Origin: Patellaria atrata CBS 101060
Taxonomy: Eukaryota
Assembly: GCA_010093705.1 (NCBI GenBank)
Contig: MU006105.1
Location: 225,960-289,959, forward strand
Length of the DNA stretch: 64,000 nucleotides
Direction of reading: 5' to 3'
In this document: piece by piece, positions 49,230 through 62,806 of the stretch
Layout: every line of letters begins with the position of its first letter
Numbering within the stretch: the first letter of the stretch is position 1
Notes under the pieces: model-generated
Told to the model about the DNA's origin: nothing
The model's database searches: none
What the model saw: the letters and a program-made list of their open reading frames with translations, nothing else
Translations under genes and position numbers: made by a program

Positions 49230-52200
49230 GAGGGCTGCTGCTCAAACAAAACCATGTCAGCCAATCAATTGTAAAAGACAGTTTTCGTAAAGAGTAGGGT
49301 AAGGTAAATGGAAGTAGGGGGGGGGGGGGTATGACAAAAACGACTTGAGCTGTACGGGGATCAAACTAAGAGCTTAAGGTAGCAGTCATAGCCTTGCGGG
49401 TTTTGAAAGCTGTCGGAATAGCTCTCTAATGTTACACAAACACTCGCCGACTCTCGGGTGCCAAAATCACTGCGCTAAGGTGTGATTCATGCTGGCCCCT
49501 TCAGATAAGTCCCCGCAGATTGTGACTGTTGGAGGCAAACTGAAAGGGTATAAATATAGAACAAAGAAAAATTCGTAAAGGACGAAAAAAAAAGAAGAAT
49601 GATTAATGCAAAGCAGGCAAAAGAAAGAACAATATACAGCCCTGTGCAAGGTCTTACAGACTAAATTTCAGCAAACATATCATTTCAGTAGGAGGAAAAA
49701 AGCGCGGAGTTCTCAAACGCACGAATACATGTCTAGGATGGTAGATAATCCCATTTTGAATTTTGGGCTTACTCACCTGAATTCATAATTGCGGCAATAG
49801 TCATAAGGTGTACGTTATATGACTTTTGACCAGCCCTAGGAAGCTTCTCTTGGATGGGACCAAGAAACGATCTCTTTCGCGAGCGCCGCGGTCGCGGTTC
49901 CTCCACTACCTTAGAAACTAGCTGAAGCTTCTTGACGATCCGCGCGATGATGGCACAGCCCTCTGAGCAAGGTAAAATAATATGGAATGAAGCTTCTCTT
50001 TCAAGAGATGCTGTGTGTGAGCTTATTGTTTTCCTAAAGGTATTTTCGAGTATTCGATATTATCCTTGTTTAGGAATAGCTTTCCTTTCCTTTCCTAACA
50101 AGTAACTGGGCCCAAGCTCTTTTTCTCCAATGAAGTCGCGATGGCTCCTATTTGCGAAGTGCTGATTGGGGGTGCCTTTGCTACTAGGCCAGGTGCCGCC
50201 TACTGTGATGCTCGGGGGTTGGTTCACTGAGAGGTGGGCTTCCCTCGACAAGCGATCGACGGCAAACGGGAAAAAACGTCGATACCTTACTCGCTTGCCC
50301 TTGAGGACGATGAGGCGGGCGTAATGGGCTTCCGCTGGACCTTGCAAGCCTTGCTCTGGCGTGGTGGAAATCTCGAGCCACTGAGAGCTTTAGCCGGATT
50401 AGAAGTTGGATTCTCACCTGGCTGCGGCAACTAATGGTAGTGGCGGATGGCCCGTTCGGAGGGGACCTTGTACCTTGTAAAATGGACAACCTAACCCACG
50501 TAAGGTACAGGCCAACCTTTTGCCCTAAGCTTGAACAGTCAAAGTAACAGCCTAACAAGCCTTAACCTAGGTAAAGTAAGGTACTGTCAGATTGATTAGT
50601 CACAAGCTGCTCTTCCAGAAATATTGCGCGCGATCTTTAAGACTGTAATCTTTCAGGATGGAACTGCTTCCACCTCAGTTGTTCCTTTCGTCGCTTCGAT
50701 ATGTAAGACGGTCGTTGATGAGTCGTATTTCGTTTGACTCGAAAAACTTCTGCAACACCTAGCGCGAAAAGACCTTGAACTTCAATATATGCGCTGAAAA
50801 ATGTTGATATGTCTGAACTTTTCGCTCGCTTAATTATTAGGTTGGGTTCGATTTTTGAATTTGTTGATTAAGGTACCTTCCATACAAAATGCGCGGATGG
50901 GACGCGATTTCCCTTAGGGACCGAGAAGAAATTGTGGGCTCGAATTTCAAGTCCTATTTCCCACGTGTCAGCTATCATATTTCCGCAAAAGCAACGAACG
51001 AGTTTGTACCTATGAAAGATCTGTTCAGAATTCGTGGCGCTCAACTTCTCTTCTTGTTGACTGTGGCTTCGCGCCTTTACTGTTATTCGTCGTTCCCGAT
51101 TCCTTGCGATCTGCACAGGCGTCTCGGTAGGCGGAGAGACCGAGCCGAGAGTGGTTTTCGATATTGCTTCGGGAACGGCAAGCTTTCAGGCCCCAAGTAG
51201 AAGTCCAGTTTAATACCCTAGGAGTTGTGACAGGAAGCAAGAAGAGGGTGATAGAGTAAAGCAAGAAATATATGCACCGATTTCATAGAAATCCGAACGG
51301 ACATGAGCATCAAAGGTCGTGGATTACCGTAGTACAGGCGTAAAACGGCTAGGAGATTGTCCCGTGAATTCAAAAAGATCCAAATCTTGCTAACCAAGGA
51401 TGAAGGAGGGATGGAGCAGTAGATAGGGGGGAGAACTATTAGATGTCAAAGCTCATGGCATACTGTGAGAATTCGAAGTGCTCGAAAGGTCCCAACGGGT
51501 AGCTAAGTAAGCCAGCGGTGGTGAATGCGAAGCAAGAAGTACAGAATAGGTGAATAGCGCGAACATCAGTTGCAGGGGAACTTTTGTGACATTCATACTC
51601 GGCGTTTTGCCCCAGAACGGAGACATCAACCTAGGCAACTTAAGATTGATTAAGATTCAGCCTCAGAGGGCTTGTTCGTATTGAATCAGGTAGGCTCAGA
51701 CCATTTCCCATGCTTTAGCACTACGGTAGCATTTGATTTGGCAAGCTGCAGGACATGACTGTCCCAATGCGCTCTATCTATTCTCCGAAGACGCCAGGGA
51801 GATGATTTGCGCCGGGATTTTTGGAATTGTATCTCGTCCACGCATCCAATTCCTTTTGCTCCCCCGGGGAAAATGAAAATGTTAGAGCCTACACCCGTCG
51901 CCACTTCTGGAAAAGTTCCTATGCAGACGCAGGAAGCTCTAGTACAGTCGCCGAACTTCATTTGCGGGGGCTAACAAGAACCAACGCTTGGGGAAAGCTC
52001 TATCGATGTGTTTCAAGTTCGAGAGAAGACTAAGAATAGAGAAGATCACTTGCCTCGAGAATCTACATTACTACTGGGGAACTGGGGGGCCAAGCGCCCT
52101 AATTTGCTCTCGTTTCTGCTGCCGTTCTCGGGCCGTCGCCCCTACCGCGTGTGCAGATCGTGTTGTGATCCCATCACCGACCCATATCGTCCTAACCGGA

Positions 52201-52637
52201 TCAAGGGCCATGATCAAGATGCTCGATGTTGATTTCATCGCTCTTGACCGTTACCTATCAGATCGAACAACCCACAAAAAGTACGCCCAGACGCAAGCAG
52301 ACGCCACCGCTTTTTCCAGCCGTACAGTGGATCTAATGTAACTCTTTTGCAACATGAATCCATTTGAGATTGCCTTTGCCTTTGTTGAGAAGTTGAATCT
52401 TGGGAAGTATAGCAGCTTGTCTACGGGGCCAAACAACGCCCACACGGGGCGATCCATAGTGCTAGCCTACCGCTGCAATCTTGCTGCGAACAAAGGAAAA
52501 AGCCGTTGACGAAGATCGCCGAACTGGTGCACGTCTGGGGCTCTTAGTGGACGAGAATAATGACGAGTGAAAGGACGACTCTGGGCGATTTCGAAGGGCG
52601 GGTGATCGACTTGGGGCGATAGGGCGGTGCTCGCTGA

Positions 52638-52669
52638 TGTGTGTGTGCCTGTGTGTCTGTGTGTGTGTG
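52638..52669. repeat. Interrupted (TG)n microsatellite
   Basis: TGTGTGTGTGCCTGTGTGTCTGTGTGTGTGTG. Confidence 0.85.
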
Positions 52670-55600
52670 CGGTATCTCCACGTATAGTTACCCCTTGCCG
52701 ATGGGCAGGTAGAGGAAAGTCCAGTGATGGGGAGGAGATGGAGGGTAGTCGATGTGCAGAGGACAAGGGGACAGGGGGAACCAGTGGATGGTAACATGCA
52801 GAAAATGTGGCTTGCGGCCAAGATGTTGAAGGGACATTTTGACAGACTAGGCTAGTCTCTCCTCGCTCCGTAGAGCCCAAAAGTCATCCGCTTTTTTCTT
52901 CTTCCAACTGATATCATCACCGTCGTATTCCTAACAACATCATTGTTTTATTCGGACGTGTCAGTATTTTTTCCTTGTTTCCTTCTTTCACCTAGAACTA
53001 ACTGAGGATATGGCATAGCCCCACGCGACTCCATTTTACTAATAGCATTCTTCGAAAGAAAACTAGGTTTATTCTTAGTTGATCGTGCATTTCTCGCACG
53101 TTTAATGCGCATTTACGCGCGAAAGTTCTCACAATTTTCCCCTCCCTTGCGTCTTCCTCGTCAAAGAAAAGATAGGATACAAAGTTAGCAAAAACATGTT
53201 CTTTGTTCGTAGCGTGTGATAAGTCTTCGGACAAGGCTTCCGAATCCTTACTCGACACACCGTCCTAAGCCAGCGGTCATCTGATGAAAGACCCGCGTCT
53301 TTTCAGGGACAGTTTACAAGTCTGTAGCTTCAGGCTAGCTGCTCCGATAACTATGGAGATGGAGGAAATCTCCCGGAGTCCTGGAACCGGCCAAACTTAA
53401 ACTAAGATATCGCCGCTTTATAGAGATGAAAACAAAGAAAAATCCGTGGACTACCTGATTTTGGCACCGAATTGTTAAGCTATGATGGCGGCAGTGGTGT
53501 CATGTCGATCCAGGTCCTCTGTACTTCATATCCAATGAGCCCGTGGAGTGTGGGATAATTCGGGTCACAGAATGCGGCTTTCCAAGAAGAACAATCCCCT
53601 TGAATTACGCTCCGGCCAAACAAATGTGCTTAGAGGACTCGAAAGATTGATTGTGGTAATGACTGCTGCAGGATGCTCCGAACACTATCGAAATGCTGCG
53701 TCTGTCTCAGCGGGGACTTCAAACAATGACCTATCCAAAGTGTGTTGGGGCCGGCTACCAGATAGCCAAGTTCCTACTGTTGCACAAAGGCAACCACGAC
53801 AGCAAGGCAATCATTGGTCCCTATGTCTTGGGGCTGATGAACTCGAAGAGTTTCCCATTACCAGCTAATCCTGTGAATTTTCTGCCTAGTTACTATCTTG
53901 ATGCCCCTTGAAAATTATTGCATTCCTACAACTTCTGGATACGATAGTTCCGACACATCCGCTCAGACAAACAATGAGCTCACCGATTATGTTTGAAGAT
54001 GAATGCATAACCTGCAAAGGCCCTCGTTGATTCTGCATTAAGGCAGTCCGCATTTGTTGAGACTTCATTCACCCAACCCCTTGATCAATCCGATACGTCC
54101 TTCAAACAAAGGCTCCATATACCATACAACTATCCGCATGAAGATCCCCGAAACTACGATATGAATGTTTAAACATAAGGGTTTACGTCTTGTTCATTTC
54201 AGTCGTCGAAACTATTGGTGTTGGGCAATTAGGGGCGACCTACACCAGTTTTGCCAAGGCTCTATTCATTTGCGTGACGATTACAACATCGTCACTTACC
54301 AACGAGATCTTTGTGCGATTCGATGCGAAGTCCCTCTACCCGTGAAACACCCTAAATGAAGTCGGATAATTATGAAGCAATATTTCAATCTTTAGCACTG
54401 GTACAGGTTCTTTATGAAATAAAATAGAAGGAACATATTACGCTAAAACTGGCCATTTACTAACTCACTCTTTCAGTGGATTGATGACGAAGTTGTCAGA
54501 TCAGACGTGAGGTGGTTTGACTAAGATTCCGTCTGGTTGATTCAATCTGGTAACAGTTGGACTCGAGGCGCTAGGCACTCTGTGGTACTGTACGTACTGA
54601 GAGTGTCCTCCAGTTTCTCGGATAGAGAAGTTCTAAGATTGATTATTGCCAACACATCTACGAAGAAAGATTCTTTCTCTAAAATCATCTGTTCTTAGAC
54701 GCGGGAATATCAACTCGAATGCGCGGGACCCTCGAGATTCCGGTTATACGTTCGAGATCGTACCATATTACGACTCTAGTAACCATACAGTCCAAGCCAT
54801 ATTAGCACAGCTTCCACCATAGATCCTCCCGGCCATCGGCTGGTCTGCACCACACAGAGTGGAGAACGAGCTCGTTGGTTGACAACTTATCTTCGTAGCA
54901 CCGTGCCCCACTTCAACTGTTGTATGAACTCCTGAACCGTGCAAACGTTGCGAGCCATATTTGCACCCCTTAGCCGCTATTATAGCTCCGCCGATAAGTC
55001 CACTTCACCATGTCAGTTCTGGCAGGATTTGACCGTGCGTCAACTCGTCCATGTCGGCCTTATATCTAAGTTTGGAGAATCCTCCTTTGGCAATGGCCTC
55101 TGAGATTCGTTGAGGGCCAGGACTTCTGCTTCTACCCGCAGAAGATCACCACATCCGCCAGACAAAGAGATGCGTGATGACGGATGATTAGAGCGTTGTT
55201 GTTTGTCAATATTGATTCTTTTCAAGTACGTCCGCGGGGAGGACCATATGACACCCGCAGCAAAAGTGGGATTGAGTCCCCGGGCGAGGCGTCTTGGTCG
55301 TTATTTTCGTATCTCTTACACCGGATCTCGGGAAGTTCTTCTTCCAACAAGTGAGAACTCTCGTCTCGGAACAAGATGACCAGTTTTACGACGATCCGCA
55401 CCGTCGACGGCGCAAGTGCAAGCCTTCCTCCGCGTCTAGACCTAACCGCGTTCTGAATCACACGACCTCCCGGAATGGATTTCACGCTACCAAGATCAGT
55501 AGATTCAAAATAGCACTCGATATCGAGGATCCCCGCGTGTATTGGTTCGCGGGAGTTGATATCGGTGGATGCTTATCTGTCATAGTCCGGCTCGGTGTAT

Positions 55601-57309
55601 TCCAATAGTCATTCTTATTTCCTGGTCTTTCACAGTTCAACAAAGAGATCTGGGATTAGCAATGTGTTACGAATATCCTTTTGATCAGAACTTACTAAAC
55701 AACAACATGGAATTCTTGAATGCATGGATTTCGTGGATTAGATGTGTTTTCTCGCTACCACCATGGACTGAGCCCCTGAAAACCCCTAGGTTTAGTGTAT
55801 GTTTCCTTGATGTGGAAAGAGGCTCTATGTACTACTTCAGCTGTAGATTACGCAGCACCAGATGAGAGTCCATAGGATCTCATCGCAAAGGTCAATACCA
55901 GAACTATGTTTCTCATTGACAGAAGGATGTAGGCTGTACTGCCTCACCCAAAGAATCAGTATTCCAGCATAGTAGAGAAGGATGACACAACAAGCTTTTA
56001 CCATCCTCTATTGAAACGTAGCTGTTATACTCATTCAACCTTTCTATATTCTGAACGCGTATCCTACAGTAAAATTCCTCCTGCCCTTTTGTGATACATA
56101 TTCGAATGACTTCAAACCAACTTCCTATAGCACCTTTACATTCTTGTCGCCGTTCCGTCCCTAAAATCTCCCTCCATAAATACCTTTCCGCATTCCCTAA
56201 TGGAGAAATCCCTAGGCATTTTAATGTTCGAAAGCGCACAGGAACTCTTATCCCATCAACGCTAGTTCCGTAGAGTCATACGCGTCGTTTCGAGGGGTAA
56301 CAGACCATTCTATTAGAGAACCCACACCTTTGATGAAGCACATAACCTAAATACTCATAGCCGGAAATCCGAAAGTCCCAAATAAAGTGGAGAGGAACAG
56401 CCTCCCTCATACAGCGGCTCTCAACCACCAGCCCCTTTCCCCACCATTTGACCAAACGTTACCCGCTTCCACACGAGCATGATTACTATCAGTCAAATGA
56501 TCCGTACGGCAGCATGACGGCGGCATAATCTAGTAATTCATGCTCGGAAGCAATCACGAGGTTAGGCCTAACCGCTACTACATTTCGTACTCTGATTGCG
56601 GGATACGGGCGAGACACTGACGAACCCCTTCCTATTTTAGTACTATCTACCCGGTCATTACTGGAATGGTGCTGTTGGTTGTATGCTAGGGGCTTGCCGA
56701 GGAGATGAGAGCGGAAATACAGGGTGGGATGTGCTTTGGCTTGGTCGATGTTGTTGTTCGGGATGAAGTTTTGTAGACTAAGGACACCTCCCGGGGAGTG
56801 TAAGACTATTATATGGTACCGCTGTTTTCTATCACCGTAGCTTGAATCAAGTATCACAATGATGAGGTACAATCTGGTAATGCTACAGAAGACTAATTTC
56901 TTGAAGATGAATATATATCCCATGTCTTCCCTCCTTGACCCTCCACGATTTGAGCCGGTCCCGCAAAATGGAAGCCGCCTTCACGAGTTCTAGATTTCCT
57001 CCGTAACGACAGAGAGATAGATAGTCATCTAAAGCAGTGCTGGCATGTACTAACTCCTTGGAGCCTGTGCTAACCTTCTTCTCCGAGAGTGACTGTAACG
57101 TAGAATTGGTTTCCTCTTTCTACTGCTTCTCATCCTTTCGCTTCTCTATACATTTATGCCCTTCTTCTTCATCCTGATTCTCCGTAATCTGTTTAGGCCT
57201 TAGTAATCGTCCGGTTTACCCATGCTTCCAGACAACTACTTCGGCGGTTTAGTGATATCTTAGTGATAAATTACGCGACAAACTGTTGAAGTCAGCACGA
57301 GTCGAGTGT

Positions 57310-59976
57310 TTACGGTTGCATTCGCAAATTCGGGTTCACTTTCTTTCGTTTTGGAACGATCTTGCGCAAGAGTTTTCTGAAACGCTTCCCCTTGCTAATA
57401 TCTTGCTTTGTTGTCTCTGGTATTGATGTTGAAGACCCTTTTATACTTGAGGGCCGGCCACTGTTAGATGAACTGCTGAGACTGACCGGTGGCTCTGGGG
57501 TCGGTGGAGACTCTTCATTTGAGCTGTGTGACGAGATTTCCTCGCTACTGTCAGCTGAGAGCTGAGGAGAAGCTATCCCATGTGATAATAGTACACTCCG
57601 TTCTTCAAGACAACAGTCCGTTACTCCAGCAGTTTCCAGACTTGAGTTCAAGGTTTTCATGAGAACACTCCGGGCAGTTGGTCGGTTCGAAGGGTGCTCA
57701 TCGAGCATGAGTCTTATTAAGCCCGATATTCCCGGGAATGCTCTTGTCACGGAAGAGTCGGGTTTATAGGTACTAGGAGATGATATGTTAAGAAGTTTAG
57801 AAAGCCAGATCTTCGTGGTTTCAATTGAATGAAGGCATGCCATGTCGTACTCTACTATTATGAACTTCTGAAGATTTTCGATTTTATCTCCCATGAGTAC
57901 AGTCAATATCTCCACGAAAACAGCTCCAAGGGGAAAAATATCCGCAGCTGTATCTCGTCTCTCGCATCGAACGACCTCCGGTGCACAGTAGATCCTCGTG
58001 CCAGAGGCAGGTCCCGTAGAATCACTTCGATCATCATTCTTGAAGTCTTGAGAGATCGAGAATCCAGTGATATAGACTCTGGATTTCTCGACCAGTATTT
58101 TACCCGGCTTCAGATCCCCATGTCTAACACTTTGATTGTGCAGATATTGTATGGCATTCGCTCGATCGAAGAACCAGGGCTTTATCTCCTCTCTTATGGC
58201 ATTAGTCTTTTCTGCAAAGAGCATGTATTCCTTTAGGTCGCAATCAGTAACAGGAGAATGTAGTATCGTAACTGTATCTTCTCAGATGTACCGTCCGATG
58301 AGAGATACAATATGATGGTGGCGAAGCTGCCGTAAAACCTTGACTTCGTTTTGGCCGAAATTTTTAGTGGTCTTCCTCGCTACGACTCTACCGTCAGTCT
58401 GTAAAAAAAAGTCACAACGGCGTGCCCACAGGCACCTAGAATGCCCAAGCGTTTATAGGGGATTTCACCTCTCGGTTTATAAGTTTCAGTGAGATGAGAT
58501 CCTTGTTCCATGTTCTCTGTGTCTTGATTCGTAACTTGGGGAGCGCGAGGTCTAGAGATTACCTGTTTGGGCAGTACGAGGGTAGCCAGTTGTTCTAGAT
58601 GGTCTGCGATATGTCCTTCCATTTTGAATGCGCTCTTCTCTTCTCCACACAGTGCACATACTGAGAGCATTACGGTATATGGCTCGTTTCTTAGCCTATG
58701 TTCTTGCAGCTCATGGCTCTACCACTCCCTGCAATTTTGGAAAGTTTTGTAAGATTCAGTGCGACGACCAAATGTACAGATATATGGTTCTAGATCAAGA
58801 AGTACATGGCGGCTACAACGTAGAGGTTAGTAAACGTCAATTTACGGAAGATAAACGACCAAATCTTTATATTATTCTACAAGTAATACCGTGAGTGGTC
58901 GTGTAGATAGCAGTTGCAATTACTGAAAAGCGAGGGCCAACATAACGTTGTTAAATTGGAAACACTTACTCTCAATCTGATCTATTTTCAACCTTTGGTA
59001 AGAGTCGAAAGCAGAACGGATACTCCAAGGAGCGCCGGGAATGATTCAAGGTGATATTTCCAAACCGCTTATTCAGTCTCCTGAACGAGTTAAAGATACC
59101 GCACGATGTGTCGTCGTCGATTGTGAAGTCATGTTTGTCTGCACCCAGCTAAAGGGCATATTCGCGTAGACATTTGGGCTAAAGGGCATGGGCGATTCAT
59201 CGTCCGACTAGTTGTTCTCGTTGGTAGACTCGATATGTCTATCAGTATATCTACTATCTTTTATGAGAAAGTCGTGTTCCATCTTCTGTACAAGTAGTCA
59301 GTTTCGCCTAAACAAATTCGCCACGCTCAATCGCTCGATAAGCTCCTCATTCGCTTTGGGTAGCGCTAAACATACTAAGTCGATTTCAGGCTTTAGGAAG
59401 AAGTTTGTTGTCTTTTCTCTGATATCATGGTCCGAAATTAGGGAAAAGCGAGAAGGTTCGAGCCCATACAGAACATCGATCATTTTATCCAAGGTACGGT
59501 CAAGTACTACCCTCATCCGTGAATCCACTTCTACATAAGACAGCTCAGTGTTGGCCGTCAATCTGATTCAAGCGGAGAAGATAGTATTGGAGATCAACTG
59601 GATATATCCCATGAGATTGCGTAACGTCTCAAGAATAGAGGCTCCCCAGGACGACGGTTTCTCCAGATGTCGGTCCAGGTCTCCATTACAAGCATCATAT
59701 TCGACTCTCCAAAATTCGAAATACTCGTGGTGCAGTTTCATGTCATCCCAACAAATGATTTCATTCGTAGGGTGCGGTACGGACAAGCACCCATGGAAAG
59801 CATGGATGCATTTGTCGTAAAACTCTTTGATGAAAAGACGTTGACGTGATGAGAGCACTACCTTCAATGAGAAGGGGTGAGGCTTTCGGTGAGGAAGTCT
59901 GCGACGGGTGATAGATGAGATATCTGGCTGGCACATCCTAACAAAAGTCTGAACTTGACCGTAATAGAAGGGTCAT
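57310..59976 (-). pseudogene. Pseudogene: fungal C2H2 zinc-finger region fused to a Ser/Thr protein kinase domain
   Basis: LIERLSVANLFRR, EYPFC, RHVLLDLEPYICTF..REW*SHELQEH, CALC..HIADHLEQLA, then kinase LGACGHAVV / VARK / NEVKVLRQLRHHHIV / YLH..VRHGDLKP / GTRIYCAPE / ADIF.LG. In-frame stops at 59568, 59298, about 58972, 58719 and 58282; frameshift near the T8 run 58403-58410. The 5' boundary is approximate. Confidence 0.85.
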
Positions 59977-60129
59977 AGAGGTATGTATTCCAGGTGAAGG
60001 CCTTTCTTTGCAAAGTTGAGAGATAGATGAAATTACCTGTAGTTCTAGCGCCAAGCGGCTAGAAACCAGGTACCTCCCATCAGTGACGGAACCTAAAGGC
60101 CAAACCATCGTTGCAAAAACCAGAATACG

Positions 60130-60405
60130 AGCAATTGATTTTTTGATTCAGAGAATATATGTTGATGTTGTATTGCCACTAATTGAGGGATATGTTAGTT
60201 CTGAACATATCCCAAGTGACCGAACACCTGGGGAACAAGCGAGGTGGACATTGACGATTTATGTGTCGATCTTAGTCAGGGGCCTTGATGATGGATGTAT
60301 GAACCGCCTTCACTAGTTTCGTAAACATAATACTGTGGACACTCGTAGCCAGACTAGCATTCTGGAAAACATGTAAGTCTAATAACCAGATCTAGTATGT
60401 TTGAT
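60130..60405 (+). repeat. Diverged partial copy of the 3' end and 3' flank of the pseudogene at 61376-62806 (matches about 62680-63010)
   Basis: Collinear shared blocks GATGTTGTATTG.CACTAA, GAACAAGCG, GGTGGA.ATTGACG, GTGTCGATCTTAGTCAGG, TAGTTTCGT and GACTAGCATT. Peptide LIQRIYVDVVLPL versus LNQKIFNDVVLAL. Confidence 0.85.
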
Positions 60406-60529
60406 CGTCTAAAATTCCCCCTGGGCACTTCCGTGCTTACACCTTTTCTCAAAAGAGTTCAGGATTCGGCTCCGGAGAGGAAATTAGTTAGTACTTAGCC
60501 AACCGAGTTGTATAATACCAGCAACAACC

Positions 60530-60825
60530 GCAGATACGGCCTCAGCTAAGCGTTCTCGTATGGTTCAGATAAGGCCTGAAAAGAGGGATCCGTACAGCAC
60601 CAGATATAACATCACTAGCCGACCCATACGACTCAGATACGGCCTCAAATATGGCCTCAGATAGTTCTACGGCTTAGATACGGTCTGAACTGAGCGCTCC
60701 GTACGGCTCATATACGGTCTCAAAAGAGTGGTCTGTACGGCTCAGACATGGCCTCAGATACGGCCCCCAGATACGGCTCAGATACAGCCTTAACTGAATG
60801 TTTCGTACGTCTTATCTACGGCTAG
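60530..60825. repeat. Hierarchical minisatellite built on an 11-12 bp CTCAGATACGGC core
   Basis: More than ten degenerate CAGATACGGC/TACGGCTCAGA copies, partly arranged in units of about 34 bp. Confidence 0.85.
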
Positions 60826-61375
60826 ACGCCAGGTCATTGTACCCTTCATTTCCCCTTGACCTTGGTTGTGCAAAAATAGTTATACACGGACGTATTCATA
60901 GGGGAAATGATGCCTTGAAACTTGCTTCATGTATGTGCGAGCTGAAGTGAAGACCCTTGAAGATTGAGAGATCAGCGGGCAAGCCGCAAGGTTGGCGTGT
61001 ACACATATTAATCAGTTCTGGTTGACTTAGCGGAGTACTATTCTCAACCTTTTTACTGTCGTTTTGATCCGTTTTGGTATTTCTTTCAGTTTTCTACCTA
61101 CTTCTTCCATTCTTCTGTATACCTGATGCTTAAGTCATATCATTACTATAAAAGCCAGATATGAATACGACCCTTTAATTACCGAACTAGGTTCAAGCAA
61201 GGCTTAATCTGCGGGTATCCGTTGGGGGTGCTCTTCAGCCGCATCATGGTAATCTTCCTGCTTCCATTATGAATGTTGTTGCCTACATTTTGTGAGTTTG
61301 TTCACTTCACACAAGTGCCCTAAGGGATTATTGTATTGTCATATCATCTTTTAAATCCCTTCAACTTCTGTCATA

Positions 61376-62806
61376 ATGCCGACAGGCTTCGAAATTGCAG
61401 GACTGGTGCTTGCCGCCTTTCCTATTGTCATCAAGCATTATCGAGAAGGCTGGAGACTAGTCTCAACGTTGATAAGCTTCACTTCACACCGTGCGAGGTA
61501 GATATCCGAACTGGAATTTCGCGAAGTTCATTTTAAGAACACCCTGACTTTTCTGTTCTCAACCTTCATTCCTGATCGGTCTGTTATCAATAAATTGATG
61601 ATCCAAATGGACCCGGAAGAGTAGAGAGCACAAGCTGAGGAGATGGACTTCCAACTCAAACTGGTCTTTGGTGATGAGCCATACGAAGCTTTAAGATCGT
61701 TATGATTACCATAAGATACGCGTTATTGGATACCAAAAAGCTGATCAAGGCCTCAGAGGTAAGAGTCAACTCTCCAAAACTAACTTTTTGTTGTCATTCA
61801 TACTCATTGTAATTATTAGGCCGATAATAACGTTAACAGGGAAACCAGATTTCGGTTAAGCTTCTATTACAAAAGACCAGAAATGTTTGCTTCGATGGAA
61901 TATCAAATAACTGAACTTCATCCACTGGTAAGGGATGCTGGTTTACTGGCACCCTACCGTCGCGGAGCTTATTCAGCTCCAAAATTTGCAGAAATCAACT
62001 AGTGAGCTTGTGAGCTCTACAAGGCCATTTCTAGATCAAGTCAGAGTCAGGGGGCACAAAACCCACATCAGGACGAGCATACCGTTTCAATGCTGCTTGA
62101 CGCACGCCTTAAAGAAGTCTGCGAATTCCGACCTATTGGGCATGAACTGCAATTGGAACATCCTCGCATCCACTATTTTAGACTCGTACTCATGAAACAG
62201 CCTGGTTTGATCTATAGAATTTTGGATGCTTTTCAGCACTTTACTGTAGAAACAACTGGAACTGCAACAGCAACAGCAACTGGTAGACCACCTCATGGTG
62301 GTAAGAAAGGAAAATTTGTTTTCAAGGACCGTGGTTTCCGTCAAATCTAGAAAACGAGCATGTGCATATCTGGGAGGAGCTCGTGAGCAAAGAACAACCC
62401 TTTTTTTCTACGACCGTTGGAGAGACACGAGATCCGACAACCCAAATAGAACTTTGGGACATGCATTTTGTGATGGCTAAGATACTAATCGAAATTGGAG
62501 CTGGCAAGCATTCGATGACATTCCGATGCCTGGTGATGTTCCTCCCCAACCAACAGATTTGCTGAAGATGACACGACTCGCACGACAATCTACATTGCAA
62601 ATGGGGAAGGACTACAAGGAGTCATTGAGAAGTTGTTTGAAACTAGTGGATTAGAAACCGTCTTTGGAAAAAATGGAATCTAGGAATTGAATCAGAAAAT
62701 TTTTAATGATGTTGTATTGGCACTAACTAAGGGACATGTCAAAAATATCCCACAATTGATCAATGACCTGACGAACAAGCGGGGACGGTGGAGATTGACG
62801 TTTTAA
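61376..62806 (+). pseudogene. Pseudogene of a fungal accessory family with a HeLo-like N-terminus (M.GFEIAGLVLAAFP) and a degenerate kinase-like C-terminus
   Basis: MPTGFEIAGLVLAAFPIVIKHYREG start; later ELGIRPEQPF-like EELVSKEQPF, MAKILIEIG, MGKDYKESLRSCL and QKIFNDVVLAL. TAG stops at 61499 and 61622 plus frameshifts; intron GTAAGA at 61759 to TAG at about 61819. The family is assigned from recall. Confidence 0.7.

Noticed and set aside
56489..56923. 144-aa ATG-initiated ORF on the minus strand
   Set aside because: No recognisable domain or supporting gene structure, so it cannot be called a gene from sequence alone.
59148..59189. 12-bp direct repeat GCTAAAGGGCAT spaced 30 bp apart
   Set aside because: Too short an interval for an element; likely a small in-frame internal duplication in the pseudogene.
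60530..60825. CRISPR-like repeat/spacer appearance
   Set aside because: The genome is eukaryotic, there are no cas genes, the repeats are degenerate, and the spacers are short and related to each other.
57310..62806. Stop-codon readthrough or A-to-I correction rescuing the two pseudogenes
   Set aside because: The stops are of mixed types and come with frameshifts and lost catalytic or zinc-binding residues, which recoding would not repair.
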